DNA of 64,000 nt from a candidate division FCPU426 bacterium. GTDB lineage: Bacteria > Oederibacteriota > Muellerivitia > Muellerivitales > Muellerivitaceae. The position numbers were made by a program, and so were the translations under genes. Where the stretch lies: NCBI GenBank assembly GCA_963847625.1, contig CAWKAR010000050.1, positions 32,001 through 96,000 on the forward strand. The letters are read 5' to 3'. This document shows positions 38,819 through 49,038 of this stretch, piece after piece. Position 1 is the stretch's first letter. The number at the start of each line of letters is the position of its first letter. The notes beneath the pieces were generated by a model. The model was given only the letters and a program-made list of their open reading frames with translations, was not told the origin of the DNA and searched no databases.

Positions 38819-41001
38819 CAGGAGGGGACTTGGGGAGGAATGGCGGACGGGGCTTCCGAACCCGGTGAAGCCGGATTCCCCAAGTGGAAGGGCCCCTTCA
38901 ACAGGAAGGGCTGGCGTTTGTTCATCCGCCAGGCTTCCCAAAGGCCGAAACAAAAGAGCGCTCCCGTGATGGCGGAATTCTGGAAGGCCAGGACAAAGGC
39001 GTAGACTAAACACACCAGGATGCCCAGGATGAGAATTAAAATCCTCACGAGGATGCTTTTGTCCCCTTTCGACATGGCTTGGATTAACCAGGTATCCCAA
39101 CCCAGGGAAGAACGCGCTTGGACTTTTGGCTTCGGCCGGGGGTTGAACTGATAAATAGTTTGAGCGCCGTTGGGGCCCGCTAAGGTGATGATATCGGCCT
39201 TCGGCCCGTTCAAAGGCGCGGTCGCGTTCGCGGAAACAGGCGCGTTCGGGGTTTCAACCCTGCCGGCGAGTGCCGGGGTTTGGGCTTCCTTTGTTGAAAG
39301 GGAGGATGATGGAAGCGGGGTTTTTACCCGCGAATGAACGGGAATTTCCATTTGCTTTGAAACACCCTGCTGGGAAGCGATGGAGGGCTGGGGGGTGGCC
39401 AGCGGGGTGCCCGCCGCCGAGGGGGTTTGCGGCGCCCCCATTGAGGCGGCCGGTTTTTTAAAATTACTGTTTTTCATGATTGAACGGGTTTGGGCGAGGA
39501 CGACCCCGATTATAACGGCCGAGATGACGACATAAGTGATGCCGACCGCGATCGTTTGGTAGACCCAGCCCCCCTGCCGGTGCGCCCCCTTGCGGACGCC
39601 TCCTCCCACTAGCCATCCCACCAACAGGGTCAATAAGCCGAAGATTTTGTCCGTCGCCAGGGTCACCCAAAGGAAAAGCCCGCCGGCCACCAGCCCCCCC
39701 AGGCCACCCAACAGAATGGCCATGAGAATGTTCTTGATACCGCCGCTTTTCCCGCGCAGGTCCTCGCCGGCCTTCTTGCAAACGGGGCAGACGGTGAAAT
39801 GATTGAGCTCCCAGTATTCCCCCTGGATGGGTTTGCCGCAGGCCCGGCATTTCAGGGGGGCGGCGGTTCCGCGGAAAACCGCCTTGTCGAAGTCCAGCTC
39901 CACCGGCGCGGCGGGGGCCAGGCGGGAATTCAGGATCTGGACGAATTTCTCGGGATCGGGGCAGAGCGACCGCTCGGGGATCCAAAAGTCGATTCCCTTG
40001 GAGGTCTTCCACTGTTCCTGCTTGCGTATTACCAGCTTTTTTTCGTTTTCCGCGCCGTCCAGGGTGGCCAGCCAGGGGCCCGTCTGGAACAGTTTCAAAC
40101 CGACACCCTTTCCGCGCACGTGTTTGACTTCCTGGATGTCCGCGTAGCTGACGCGGGATTCCACGCCCACCCCCGTGCGGCCGTCCTGGAGGGTCAATTC
40201 CCGGGGGCCCAGGATCAGGCGCAGGCGCGAGGAACGCACTTGGGAAAGGACGGCGGTTGCCAGGACACCGACGAGAACACTGACCATGAGGCCATGGTTG
40301 CCTTTGCCCAACAGGCCGCTCTCGGCCAGGAAAACCGCCCCGCCGACGGCCGCGAGGAAGAATAGGACCAAAACGATCGCGGCCCGGCGGAATTCAGCCT
40401 TGGAGTTCCAGGAAAAAACCTCCAGGGGTTCAGGTGCCGGGATTTGGGACAAGGATGCCCTGCGCCGCCTTGGTTCCAATTCCTCGGCGAACTCGTGGGC
40501 TTTACCCCCGATGACCTCGTTTTCGATCCAGAGGTCGGCCTGGAAACGCGCCTTGACGCGGCGGTCCTTGTTCTTCCAGCCCTCGGAGGTGGAGAGGTAG
40601 GGGCCAAAGGAGGTGAAAAAAAGGTCCGGGTCCCTCAGGGCGACCGCCACGCCCCGGCCCGGGACCTCGGTCACCACCCGGACGTTCGAGTAGTCCAGGC
40701 GGCCGCGGATTTTCTTTTTCGTCCCCAGGTAGATGTCGAAAAACTCCAAATGGCCGGAATGGAAGGTGAACCGGTAGTCCTTGTGTTGGAGCCATTGGAA
40801 AAACCGGGAAAGGCCGTAACCGAACAGGAACCCCCCAACGAAAAAAAGGAGCTCCTGGAGGATTTTTTCCTTTTCGGGATCGTAGGCGAGGAGGAGGGCG
40901 GGGATGGAGCATAGGAAGCCCCATAGGAGGTAATCGGGCTTGAGGGGTTGGGATTTGAAACTGAAAACGGGCTCAGGCGACGGGTTCATGGTGTCGTACA
41001 T
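38818..41001 (-). CDS. Hypothetical multidomain membrane protein (two repeated TM-hairpin plus soluble modules, CxxC...CxxC, Pro-rich loop)
   Basis: 727-aa ORF; internal repeat RLDYSNV...GRGVAVAL...DLWI vs RVSYADI...GKGVGLKL...DFWI; CRAC...CPVC. Confidence 0.7.
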   Translation of the reverse strand: MYDTMNPSPEPVFSFKSQPLKPDYLLWGFLCSIPALLLAYDPEKEKILQELLFFVGGFLFGYGLSRFFQWLQHKDYRFTFHSGHLEFFDIYLGTKKKIRGRLDYSNVRVVTEVPGRGVAVALRDPDLFFTSFGPYLSTSEGWKNKDRRVKARFQADLWIENEVIGGKAHEFAEELEPRRRRASLSQIPAPEPLEVFSWNSKAEFRRAAIVLVLFFLAAVGGAVFLAESGLLGKGNHGLMVSVLVGVLATAVLSQVRSSRLRLILGPRELTLQDGRTGVGVESRVSYADIQEVKHVRGKGVGLKLFQTGPWLATLDGAENEKKLVIRKQEQWKTSKGIDFWIPERSLCPDPEKFVQILNSRLAPAAPVELDFDKAVFRGTAAPLKCRACGKPIQGEYWELNHFTVCPVCKKAGEDLRGKSGGIKNILMAILLGGLGGLVAGGLFLWVTLATDKIFGLLTLLVGWLVGGGVRKGAHRQGGWVYQTIAVGITYVVISAVIIGVVLAQTRSIMKNSNFKKPAASMGAPQTPSAAGTPLATPQPSIASQQGVSKQMEIPVHSRVKTPLPSSSLSTKEAQTPALAGRVETPNAPVSANATAPLNGPKADIITLAGPNGAQTIYQFNPRPKPKVQARSSLGWDTWLIQAMSKGDKSILVRILILILGILVCLVYAFVLAFQNSAITGALFCFGLWEAWRMNKRQPFLLKGPFHLGNPASPGSEAPSAIPPQVPS

Positions 41002-41285
41002 TCCGGCTTTCCTCGCAACGTCGGGTGTGAAACGGGCTTGTATTATAAAGGCTACAAAGCCAAAAAGAGGGAGTGGGAGGAAAGACTAAGCGACAACCGG
41101 AAATAAAATTCAAATAATGCTGTTCTTTCTGGAGGGGGTTAGGAAAACCTGGACCCATAGTCCTGGATATTTTTGGTTATGTCCAGGAAGGCTCGAATTT
41201 AACCGAAATTCATAATAATAATACTATATATACATGATTATATAAGTACACTTGTATTATTATTGATATATTGTATTATATTTTC

Positions 41286-42749
41286 ATGATTGCCTCTAAA
41301 GCCGAACTTTTCTCGGTGCTTCGCCAATATAACCCCTGGTGGTCCGGTGGGCGGGTTCCCAACTTGCCGACCTGGAAACGGGTGGCTTTCCATGAAGTCG
41401 TCACCTGGATCGAGAATCCGCCCGCCAACCGGGCTTTACTCCTCAGTGGCGCGCGCCAAGTCGGGAAAACCACCCTTTTCCTGCAAGCCATTGAGCACTT
41501 GCTGGGCCAGGGTGTCAATCCCCCGAATATCCTCTACGTTACTTTCGACCATCCCCTTTTGAAATTGCTGGGGTTGGACGGGTTGTTGGAATTGTGGCGG
41601 GAATTCCAGCCAACGGGCGGGGGAACCGAATACCTTTTCCTCGACGAGATCCAGATCACCAAGGATTGGCAGACTTGGTTGAAACACCAGGTCGATTTCG
41701 GAAAAGGGCGCCGGATCGCCGTGACGGGTTCCGCCACGCCCTTGAACCGCGAGGGCCAGGAATCCGGCGTCGGGCGCTGGCATACCATCCGCCTGGCGAC
41801 TCTGTCTTTCTATGAATACCTCCAGTTGCGGAACCTTCCCCTGCCTTCGCTCCCGCCGGTGACTTCCCTCATGAACCTCCTCAAATGGGACGAGAACCAA
41901 TTTACCCGCGTCGCGGACGTCGCCAAACCCCTCGTCGGGTATTTCCATGAATACCTCCTCCGTGGCGGGTTTCCCCAGTGCGCTCTGGTGGAAGATATCT
42001 CCACTGCCCAAAAACTGCTCCGGGAGGACATCGTTGACAAGGTCCTCAAGCGGGATATGACGGCCCTTTTCGGGGTCCGCCGCGTGGTCGAGTTGGAACA
42101 GGTATTCCTCTACCTTTGCCTGCACGACGGGGGCCAGGTTTCCCTGCCCGACTTGTGCAAGAACCTCGAGCTCAAGAGGCCCACGGTCGAGAACTTCATC
42201 GACTTGCTGGAATCCACCCACCTCATTCACCGCCTTTTTCCTTTCGGCTATGGAAAGGAAGTCCTCCGGGGAAGGGCAAAGATCTACCTGGCGGACGCCG
42301 CCATCGGGCCCAGCGTCCTCTTGCGGGGAAGGGCGTTGCTGGAAAACCCGACCTGGCTGGGGCAGGCGGTCGAGACCGCCTTCTTCAAGCACGTCTTTAC
42401 CCGTTACTACCAGCAAAGCGTGGGGTTTACTTATTGGCGGGGAAAGAAGGACCAGGAAGTGGACATCATCGCCGACGTGGGGGACAGGCTGGTCCCCTTC
42501 GAGGTGAAATACCGGCCTCCCGGCTCCATCAAACTGAAGGGACTCATCGAATTTTGCGGGGAACGGAAAGTGGAATTGGGCTATGTCATCACCCATGATT
42601 TGACCGACTTCGGGGAGGTCCCGGTTAAAGCCAAGCTGCCTAACAGCCGGATCTTGAAAATACCGGCGCCCCTGGCCTGCTATTGGCTCGGGAAATTGGA
42701 GATTGAGAATACCCAAGATATGGAATCGCCCCATTTACCCATGGGATAA
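41286..42749 (+). CDS. AAA_14 ATPase with DUF4143-type C-terminal domain
   Basis: NPWW, GARQVGKT, FLDEIQ, VTGS, GGFP, KIYLAD, EVD...PFEVK. Confidence 0.88.
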   Translation: MIASKAELFSVLRQYNPWWSGGRVPNLPTWKRVAFHEVVTWIENPPANRALLLSGARQVGKTTLFLQAIEHLLGQGVNPPNILYVTFDHPLLKLLGLDGLLELWREFQPTGGGTEYLFLDEIQITKDWQTWLKHQVDFGKGRRIAVTGSATPLNREGQESGVGRWHTIRLATLSFYEYLQLRNLPLPSLPPVTSLMNLLKWDENQFTRVADVAKPLVGYFHEYLLRGGFPQCALVEDISTAQKLLREDIVDKVLKRDMTALFGVRRVVELEQVFLYLCLHDGGQVSLPDLCKNLELKRPTVENFIDLLESTHLIHRLFPFGYGKEVLRGRAKIYLADAAIGPSVLLRGRALLENPTWLGQAVETAFFKHVFTRYYQQSVGFTYWRGKKDQEVDIIADVGDRLVPFEVKYRPPGSIKLKGLIEFCGERKVELGYVITHDLTDFGEVPVKAKLPNSRILKIPAPLACYWLGKLEIENTQDMESPHLPMG

Positions 42750-42988
42750 ATACCCAGTGGTCGATACCGTGGACGAACCCATTGAGAAGAAAGGATTGGG
42801 TGTTTAAAGCGTTAATGCGACTAGGCCGGAAAGTTTTAACCCTGTTTTTTTTGATGTCCAGAGACCAACCTTTTCGGACTTTCAGGTTTTTAATAACCTC
42901 CAGTTTCCGTCCTTAAAACAGCCGTTGTTTCACCATGTTATACTACGCAACCCATTGAACGTGGAACCCTTTAGTAAAGGCAAATAAA

Positions 42989-43777
42989 ATGGTTTTATCA
43001 CCATCCCAATTAAATAAAGAACTTTTAAACGAAACCCTCTGGCGTTATGTAACTTTACCGATCTTTATAGACATGCTTCTCAATAAAAGATTATTTTTTT
43101 CATCTCCTATTTTTTTCAAGGACCCTTGGGAAGGAAGAATTTCTGAAAAACAAAGAATTGAATGGACAAAATCTAATTTTGAAATAAACCAACCTGATGA
43201 TGATCTGATTAGAATCTATATGGAATGCGTAAAATCTAACATTTATATAAGTTGTTGGCATTCTAACGAATCAGAATCGGAGGCGATGTGGAATAGTTAT
43301 TCCAGTAATCATGGTATCGCAATAGTTACTAAAGCCAAAAATGTATTAAAGGCGCTTCCGGAAAAATCTAATGTGAATGAAGTTCCTTATGAATTTAAAA
43401 AAGTCCAATATTTTTATCAGAATGAAGAACTCAAAATTTTAGATCCCGTTTCACCCTTTTTTTTAAAAAGAGAGTCTTTTAAACATGAAAATGAAGTTAG
43501 AGTTATTATTTTTCATCAAAAAAAATGTATTGAGGAATATAACCATATCATGGAACTTACCCTAAAAAATCCTAAGTTACTTCATCTTTATGGTGCTCAT
43601 TCAAACCCTGATGGCGGAATTTATTTACCAATAGAACCAAATGAATTGATTGAGAAAATTATAATTCATCCAGAAACCCAAAATTGGACTGTCAATTTAA
43701 TAATTGATACTGCAAAAAAATTAGGATTCACAAAAGAAATTAATAAATCTGATCTATACGCAATACCACCTAACTAA
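42989..43777 (+). CDS. DUF2971-like protein
   Basis: LWRY, DPWEG, YISCWH...SEAMW..Y, KR..F.HENEVR; AT-rich. Confidence 0.75.
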   Translation: MVLSPSQLNKELLNETLWRYVTLPIFIDMLLNKRLFFSSPIFFKDPWEGRISEKQRIEWTKSNFEINQPDDDLIRIYMECVKSNIYISCWHSNESESEAMWNSYSSNHGIAIVTKAKNVLKALPEKSNVNEVPYEFKKVQYFYQNEELKILDPVSPFFLKRESFKHENEVRVIIFHQKKCIEEYNHIMELTLKNPKLLHLYGAHSNPDGGIYLPIEPNELIEKIIIHPETQNWTVNLIIDTAKKLGFTKEINKSDLYAIPPN

Positions 43778-43908
43778 TTTTTTAAAGAAATATTTTGATC
43801 GTTTCCCAACCCGGCGATCCAGACAGTTGTCCAATATTCCCAATTACGTATTTCCTCTATTGTCGGCCGTATCCAGCGGGAATATCTTGGATTCGTGCTT
43901 TTATCCCT

Positions 43909-44568
43909 TCATTTGCATACACCCATCTCTATCTTCCTTCCGGCAATCCATACATTTTGGGTTAGTTCATCGGCCACAGTATTTATAAATGAATTAATAG
44001 CTTGATCCCAAGTTCCTATACCGCCAGTTGTAACGTGTTCTTCACTATGCCAAGCTATTTTCCCGGTGGCTACGTCAACCAAATCAACAGTTGCATTAAA
44101 AGTTGTGATAGTTCCAGCTATACTTTGATTCATTGTTCTGGAGGTAAATGTGTAATCTCCAAATGCATCTCGCGTGACGGTACCTTGGGTTGTGGAACCC
44201 AAATCAATGTTGTAATCTCGGCTTTTAGGCGTATCCATTCCTATAAAAATAACCGCATCACAATTATTTTTTTCACATAATTGTTTAATTTCATCAGTAG
44301 TTAATGGGGTTAATTTAAAAGTTTCCTGGACCCTTTCATAAATTTTTGCGGGGATATCCCCTTTTGCATCTGTGTCTTTTTGATTCAAATTATTGGACAA
44401 ACCATCTTCTAATTGTGTTTGGAATTCCATCCCCGGGACATTTGCTATTATTAAAATTGATGAATATTTTTTAAGTGCAACTTCTGGATTACTCCTGCTA
44501 AAAATGTGGGTTTCAGCACAACCCCCTACTAATAAGCCTATACCTAACACCAACAAAATCTTTATCAT
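43909..44568 (-). CDS. Hypothetical lipoprotein
   Basis: Lipobox LVGGC after a signal peptide; VDLVDVATGKIAW strand motif. Confidence 0.75.
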   Translation of the reverse strand: MIKILLVLGIGLLVGGCAETHIFSRSNPEVALKKYSSILIIANVPGMEFQTQLEDGLSNNLNQKDTDAKGDIPAKIYERVQETFKLTPLTTDEIKQLCEKNNCDAVIFIGMDTPKSRDYNIDLGSTTQGTVTRDAFGDYTFTSRTMNQSIAGTITTFNATVDLVDVATGKIAWHSEEHVTTGGIGTWDQAINSFINTVADELTQNVWIAGRKIEMGVCK

Positions 44569-44586
44569 CCCGCACCCCGTAATTTT

Positions 44587-45462
44587 CTAATTCTTGGTAT
44601 CAGTGTGTAACTTTTGAAGCAACATACCCATAAGGTAATCAAGCCATTTCTCTGTATCAGTTTTCTCTTTATCAGTTTCAGCCATTGATAATGCCTGATT
44701 AAATGCATCACAGGAATCTTGCCACTTTTTCTCTTTTGCTGCTAATGAACCAGCTTCATAAGCTTCAGTGAAGGAGTGATATTTTATTTTAACCAACCCT
44801 GATTCTTCTAATTTCATAGCCATTTCACTAAGAAATTCATCTCTTATTTCTCCGAACCCTGAGCCATTTCCGCTTGTTTTTTCCTCACAATGCCATACTG
44901 TTTTTCCGCTATTGGTCTCCATAATCTCCGATGTGCCATTTAATCCTATTGCGGTTTGGAAGGAATACCCGTTGGTGTTTCCTTGGTATTGGGAATAACT
45001 GGTATTGTTTCCGTTAACTCCATAACCAAATAATCTATGAAATATATTTTGGAAAATATCAGAATTCGTAGTGGAATCACCTGTTGTTTCGGTATGAAAT
45101 TGTTGAGACATAATTGGTTGTACTAAAATTATCATAATTCCATCTGCTTTTAAAACACGTACAACTTCTTTTGATTTTTCCCATTTATCCTTTTCTCCAG
45201 AGAAAATAACCTGGGTGGAAGCAACTAATATTGAGGGGACACGCCAATCATTTAGCCTTTTGATAATTCCTTCTTCCACGGCCATACGATCTATTGTGCT
45301 TAAAGCGGGATCTGCGTAAACAAGAAGCTTACTGAATAGTTGACTTTTAATTTCAGGATTAACCTGTGCGTATATTTCCGTAGTTGGCGTTGGATTAGCT
45401 TCTAAATTAGTACAACACATAATAAAAACCCCTATTCCCAACGCCAGCAGAGACTTTTTCAT
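44587..45462 (-). CDS. Hypothetical exported protein, distantly similar to its neighbour, with TPR-like C-terminus
   Basis: Signal peptide; ETNSGKTVWHCEE resembles the neighbour's DVATGKIAWHSEE. Confidence 0.7.
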   Translation of the reverse strand: MKKSLLALGIGVFIMCCTNLEANPTPTTEIYAQVNPEIKSQLFSKLLVYADPALSTIDRMAVEEGIIKRLNDWRVPSILVASTQVIFSGEKDKWEKSKEVVRVLKADGIMIILVQPIMSQQFHTETTGDSTTNSDIFQNIFHRLFGYGVNGNNTSYSQYQGNTNGYSFQTAIGLNGTSEIMETNSGKTVWHCEEKTSGNGSGFGEIRDEFLSEMAMKLEESGLVKIKYHSFTEAYEAGSLAAKEKKWQDSCDAFNQALSMAETDKEKTDTEKWLDYLMGMLLQKLHTDTKN

Positions 45463-45668
45463 TCTATGCCCCTTAGCAAAACCACATTAAATATGAATCC
45501 ATTTTATGCCCAAACAGCATATCTCCTGAGTATTTTCACTTCTGTAAAACCGCTCAAAATTATAAGATTTCCCATGTATATGGGATAACGACATATTTAA
45601 CCTCTATTATTTTCGGACATTCCGTTTCTTTTAATCCCACGATGGTTTCAACTCGTTTCACCCGCTCA

Positions 45669-45799
45669 CCGCGGGCTTAATCAGGGCGGGGCAGGGAACT
45701 GCCGGTTCGCAGGACTTCCAGGAAAGCGGGTCCGTAGCGCTTTAACTTGGTTTCACCCACGCTGGAAATTTGGGCGAACTCATCCAGGTTGGAGGGCCG
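45669..45799 (-). pseudogene. Duplicated recQ 3' end (HRDC C-terminal fragment)
   Basis: 131-bp ungapped direct repeat of 46624-46754 with about 9 mismatches, including the stop codon. Confidence 0.92.
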
Positions 45800-45851
45800 T
45801 GGGCAGGGATCGTGGACGATATTTTCAAAGCGAAATGGGGCAGAAATTTAG

Positions 45852-45885
45852 TTGATGCAAAGATGGTATCATATATAATACCATC
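45852..45885 (+). promoter_or_regulatory. Sigma70-type promoter with overlapping operator for the TA operon
   Basis: TTGATG-16-TATAAT, palindrome GATGGTAT-N8-ATACCATC; only 6 nt between the -10 box and the ATG. Confidence 0.7.
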
Positions 45886-46314
45886 ATGAAACCTTTGCGA
45901 ATTGTGTTGGATACCAACATTCTTGTCTCAGCTTTAAGATCGCGCTTGGGCGCTTCGCACCGGTTATTATTGGCGCTGGGCGACAAACGGTTCCAAATTC
46001 AATTGTCGGTGGCGCTTCTGTTGGAGTATGAGGTGGCTATCAAAAATCCAAATAGCGGCATTAAACTTTCAGCCGGGGAAAAGGACGACATCCTGGATTA
46101 TCTCTGCTCCGAGGCGCGACATTGTAAAGTACATTATCTTTGGAGGCCATGCTTAAAGGACCCGGGAGATGACATGGTCCTGGAATTGGCCGTGGCTTCC
46201 GGAGCAAGTGGGATAGTTACTTTTAACAGACGGGATTTCAAAGGAATTGAGGCTTGGGGTTTAAAAATTTACACGCCCCAGAAAATATTGACGTTTTTGG
46301 GAGGACTAAAATGA
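45886..46314 (+). CDS. PIN-domain toxin (type II TA)
   Basis: IVLDTNILVS, DPGDDMVLELA, IVTFNRRDF. Confidence 0.9.
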   Translation: MKPLRIVLDTNILVSALRSRLGASHRLLLALGDKRFQIQLSVALLLEYEVAIKNPNSGIKLSAGEKDDILDYLCSEARHCKVHYLWRPCLKDPGDDMVLELAVASGASGIVTFNRRDFKGIEAWGLKIYTPQKILTFLGGLK

Positions 46315-46550
46315 GTGCTATCAGTTTGAGGTTGCCGAATACCCTTCACCGTTCCGTTCGTGAAATGGCTGATAAGGAGCATGTTTCCATCAATCAAATG
46401 ATCACATTGGCCCTCGCGGAAAAAGTTTCAGCCTTGATGGCTGATGAATATTTAGGAAGCCGCGCAAGAAGTGGAAGCCGGGCGAAATTCCTGAAGGCCA
46501 TGGGCCGGGTAGGAAAAACAGAACCTGAGCCGAAGGACAAACTTCGTTAA
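46311..46550 (+). CDS. Ribbon-helix-helix/HicB-like antitoxin
   Basis: ISLRLPNTLH...SINQMI; ATGA overlap with the toxin and GGAGG RBS. Confidence 0.85.
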   Translation: MSAISLRLPNTLHRSVREMADKEHVSINQMITLALAEKVSALMADEYLGSRARSGSRAKFLKAMGRVGKTEPEPKDKLR

Positions 46551-46631
46551 CTGTCCCCGATAAGCCTGGATGGGTCAGTCTGGGCCAATAGGTCATCCAT
46601 AGGCTGTCCACAGCGGGGACTCGCCGCGGGC

Positions 46632-48479
46632 TTAATCAGCGCGGGGCAGGGAACTGGCGGATCGCAGGACTTCCAGGAAAGCGGGCCCGTAGCGCTTCAA
46701 CTTGGTTTCACCCACGCCGGAGATTTGGGTGAACTCATTCAGGTTGGAGGGCCGCTGGGCGGCCATTTCGCGAAGGGTGCTGTCGTGAAAAACGACGTAG
46801 GGCGGAAGGTTTTGCTCCTTGGCCAGGCTCGCCCGCAGGGAACGCAAGGCCTCAAAAAGGGAAGATTCCCGGCCGTCCCAGGCGGCAGGCGGCCTTGCCG
46901 GGGATTTGCCCTTCCGAGAATCCCGTTTGGCCTTGCGGGGAGCCGGGTCTTCCCTCAACCACACCTTTTGTCCCTCCTTCAAGACGGACCAGGATTTTGG
47001 ATTCAGCTTAAAGGTGCCGTAGCCATCCAAGTCCACTTCGATATAATCCCCCGCGACCAATTGGCGGAATACCGAGTCCCAATTCCTTTTTTCCAATTCC
47101 TTGCCCACGCCGAAAACGCTCAACCAGGTATGGCCGAACTGGGCGGCCTTTTCCGTCTCCTTCCCCATCAGCAGGTCGATCAAGTGGCCGGCGCCGAAGC
47201 GCTGGCCCGTGCGGTAAATGCAGGAGAGGGCTTTTTGCGCGGCGACGGTGGCGTCCCAGGTCTTGGGGGGCTGAAGGCAGTTGTCGCAGCCGCCGCAGTT
47301 TCCCGGATGCTCCTCGCCGAAATAGGCCAGCAGGGACTGGCGGCGGCAGCGCACGGTCTCGCAAAGGCCCAGCATGGCGTTGAGCTTTTGCCCGGCCAGG
47401 CGCTTGTAGGCTTCCTCCCCCTCCCCGCCCTGGATCATCCGCCGGAGCTTCACCACGTCGTCCAGGGAATAGGCCATCCAAGCCGAGGCGGGTTCTCCGT
47501 CGCGCCCCGCGCGGCCGGTTTCCTGGTAATAGGACTCCACGCTCTTGGGGATTCCCAAGTGGGCCACGAAGCGCACGTTGGGCTTGTCGATGCCCATTCC
47601 GAAAGCGATGGTCGCCACCATGACTAGCCCGTCCTCCCGGAGGAACCTGGCCTGGTGGCGGCGCCGCGCATCCGCCTCCATTCCGGCGTGGTAGGGCAGG
47701 GCTGGGACGCCCCTTTCCGAGAGCCAGGCGGCCGTTTCCTCGGTATTGGTCCGGCTCAGGACATAGACGATGCCGGCTTGGCCCGGATGGTTGGAACGGA
47801 TGAAATCCAGCAACTGCTCCCGGCCCGCGCCCTTGACCGTGATTTGGTAGCGGATATTGGGCCGGTCGAAGCTGGAGGAGAAAACGGGGTCTTGCGCCAA
47901 CCCCAACCGCTCGCGGATTTCTTTTTGCGTTTGGGGGTCCGCGGTGGCCGTCATGGCCACCAGGGGCACGGAGGCGAAATGCTCCCGCAGGCGGGCGATT
48001 TGGAGGTAATCGGGCCGGAAGTCATGCCCCCATTGGGAAACGCAGTGGGCCTCATCCACGGCGATGAGGCTTAAGGGAAGGCCGTGGATGAAATCCTGGA
48101 ATCCGGGGGTGATGAGGGTCTCGGGAGCGGCGTAAAGCAGGTCCAATTCCCCCCGAAAGGCTCGTTCGCGGATTTCGCCTTTTTGGCGGCCATCCAGGGT
48201 GGAGTTGTAAAAGGCGGCCGCCACCCCGTTCTGGACCAAGGCGTCGACCTGGTCCTGCATCAGGGCGATGAGGGGGGAAATGACCAGCCCCAATCCGGGC
48301 CTCAACATGGCTGGGATCTGGAAGCAGAGGCTTTTGCCGCCGCCGGTGGGCATCAGCACCAGGCAGGAACCGCCGTCCAGGACATGGCGGATGACGGCCT
48401 CCTGCCGGCCTCGAAAGGACGGGTATCCGAAGACGCGGTTGAGAAGGGAAAAGGGGGTGGTATTGGTTGAAGGTTTCAT
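46632..48479 (-). CDS. recQ: ATP-dependent DNA helicase RecQ
   Basis: [43 protein letters not shown], Zn/RQC and HRDC domains. Confidence 0.97.
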   Translation of the reverse strand: MKPSTNTTPFSLLNRVFGYPSFRGRQEAVIRHVLDGGSCLVLMPTGGGKSLCFQIPAMLRPGLGLVISPLIALMQDQVDALVQNGVAAAFYNSTLDGRQKGEIRERAFRGELDLLYAAPETLITPGFQDFIHGLPLSLIAVDEAHCVSQWGHDFRPDYLQIARLREHFASVPLVAMTATADPQTQKEIRERLGLAQDPVFSSSFDRPNIRYQITVKGAGREQLLDFIRSNHPGQAGIVYVLSRTNTEETAAWLSERGVPALPYHAGMEADARRRHQARFLREDGLVMVATIAFGMGIDKPNVRFVAHLGIPKSVESYYQETGRAGRDGEPASAWMAYSLDDVVKLRRMIQGGEGEEAYKRLAGQKLNAMLGLCETVRCRRQSLLAYFGEEHPGNCGGCDNCLQPPKTWDATVAAQKALSCIYRTGQRFGAGHLIDLLMGKETEKAAQFGHTWLSVFGVGKELEKRNWDSVFRQLVAGDYIEVDLDGYGTFKLNPKSWSVLKEGQKVWLREDPAPRKAKRDSRKGKSPARPPAAWDGRESSLFEALRSLRASLAKEQNLPPYVVFHDSTLREMAAQRPSNLNEFTQISGVGETKLKRYGPAFLEVLRSASSLPRAD

Positions 48480-48551
48480 AGGGGGCGGTTACCGTCGGTT
48501 CGATTTCAAACCCCGACATGATAACGCCCCGTTGGAGGCGGTTCTAGCGAT

Positions 48552-48646
48552 CTGCCAGTAGGAGCCGTGGAACCTGCCAGTAGGAAGCCCGATCTGCCAG
48601 TAGAACCTCCGAAACCTGCCAGTAGGAGGCCGGATTCTGCCAGTAG
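48552..48646. repeat. Five copies of CTGCCAGTAG at 20-22 bp spacing
   Basis: Core starts at 48552, 48574, 48594, 48616, 48637. Confidence 0.85.
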
Positions 48647-48745
48647 GTTCCTGCTGAATGTGGGCGGGTTATCTCCACAGATTTCTTATAAATCTGCACT
48701 GGCAATCATTGCCCTCGGCTTGAAGCCTCGGGCAGCCAGCCCCTA

Positions 48746-49038
48746 CCGGTAAATGACACTGGGTTTATGGGCGGGTTATCTCCCCTGCCGGCAAATGATA
48801 CTGGGTTTGCGGGCGGGTTATCCCCCCTGTCGGCAAATGACACCGGGTTTGTGGGCGGGTTATCCCCCCTGTCGGCAAATGACACTGGGTTTGTGGGCGG
48901 GTTATCCTCCCTGCCGGTAAATGACACTGGGTTTGTGGACGGGTTATCTCCCCCTGCCGACAAATGACACTGGGAATGTGGGCGGTTTATCCTCCCTTCC
49001 GGCAGATGACACTGGGAATGTGGGCGGGTTATCCCCCC
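48746..49038. repeat. Tandem repeat, about 7 x 42 bp
   Basis: Consensus YCGGCAAATGACACTGGGTTTGTGGGCGGGTTATCYCCCCTG. Confidence 0.92.

Noticed and set aside
37802..39100. Extended 432-aa version of the M50 protease
   Set aside because: The extension overlaps the upstream gene out of frame; the ATG at 38818 gives a clean ATGA coupling.
42750..45660. Integron cassette array explanation for the low-GC genes
   Set aside because: No attC-like RYYYAAC...GTTRRRY hairpins recognised, mixed gene orientation, and no integrase.
45640..45670. Resemblance to a tRNA-Gly 3' end (CTCGTTTCACCCGCTC) at the island border
   Set aside because: Short and degenerate, with no intact T-arm or cloverleaf and no partner att site seen.
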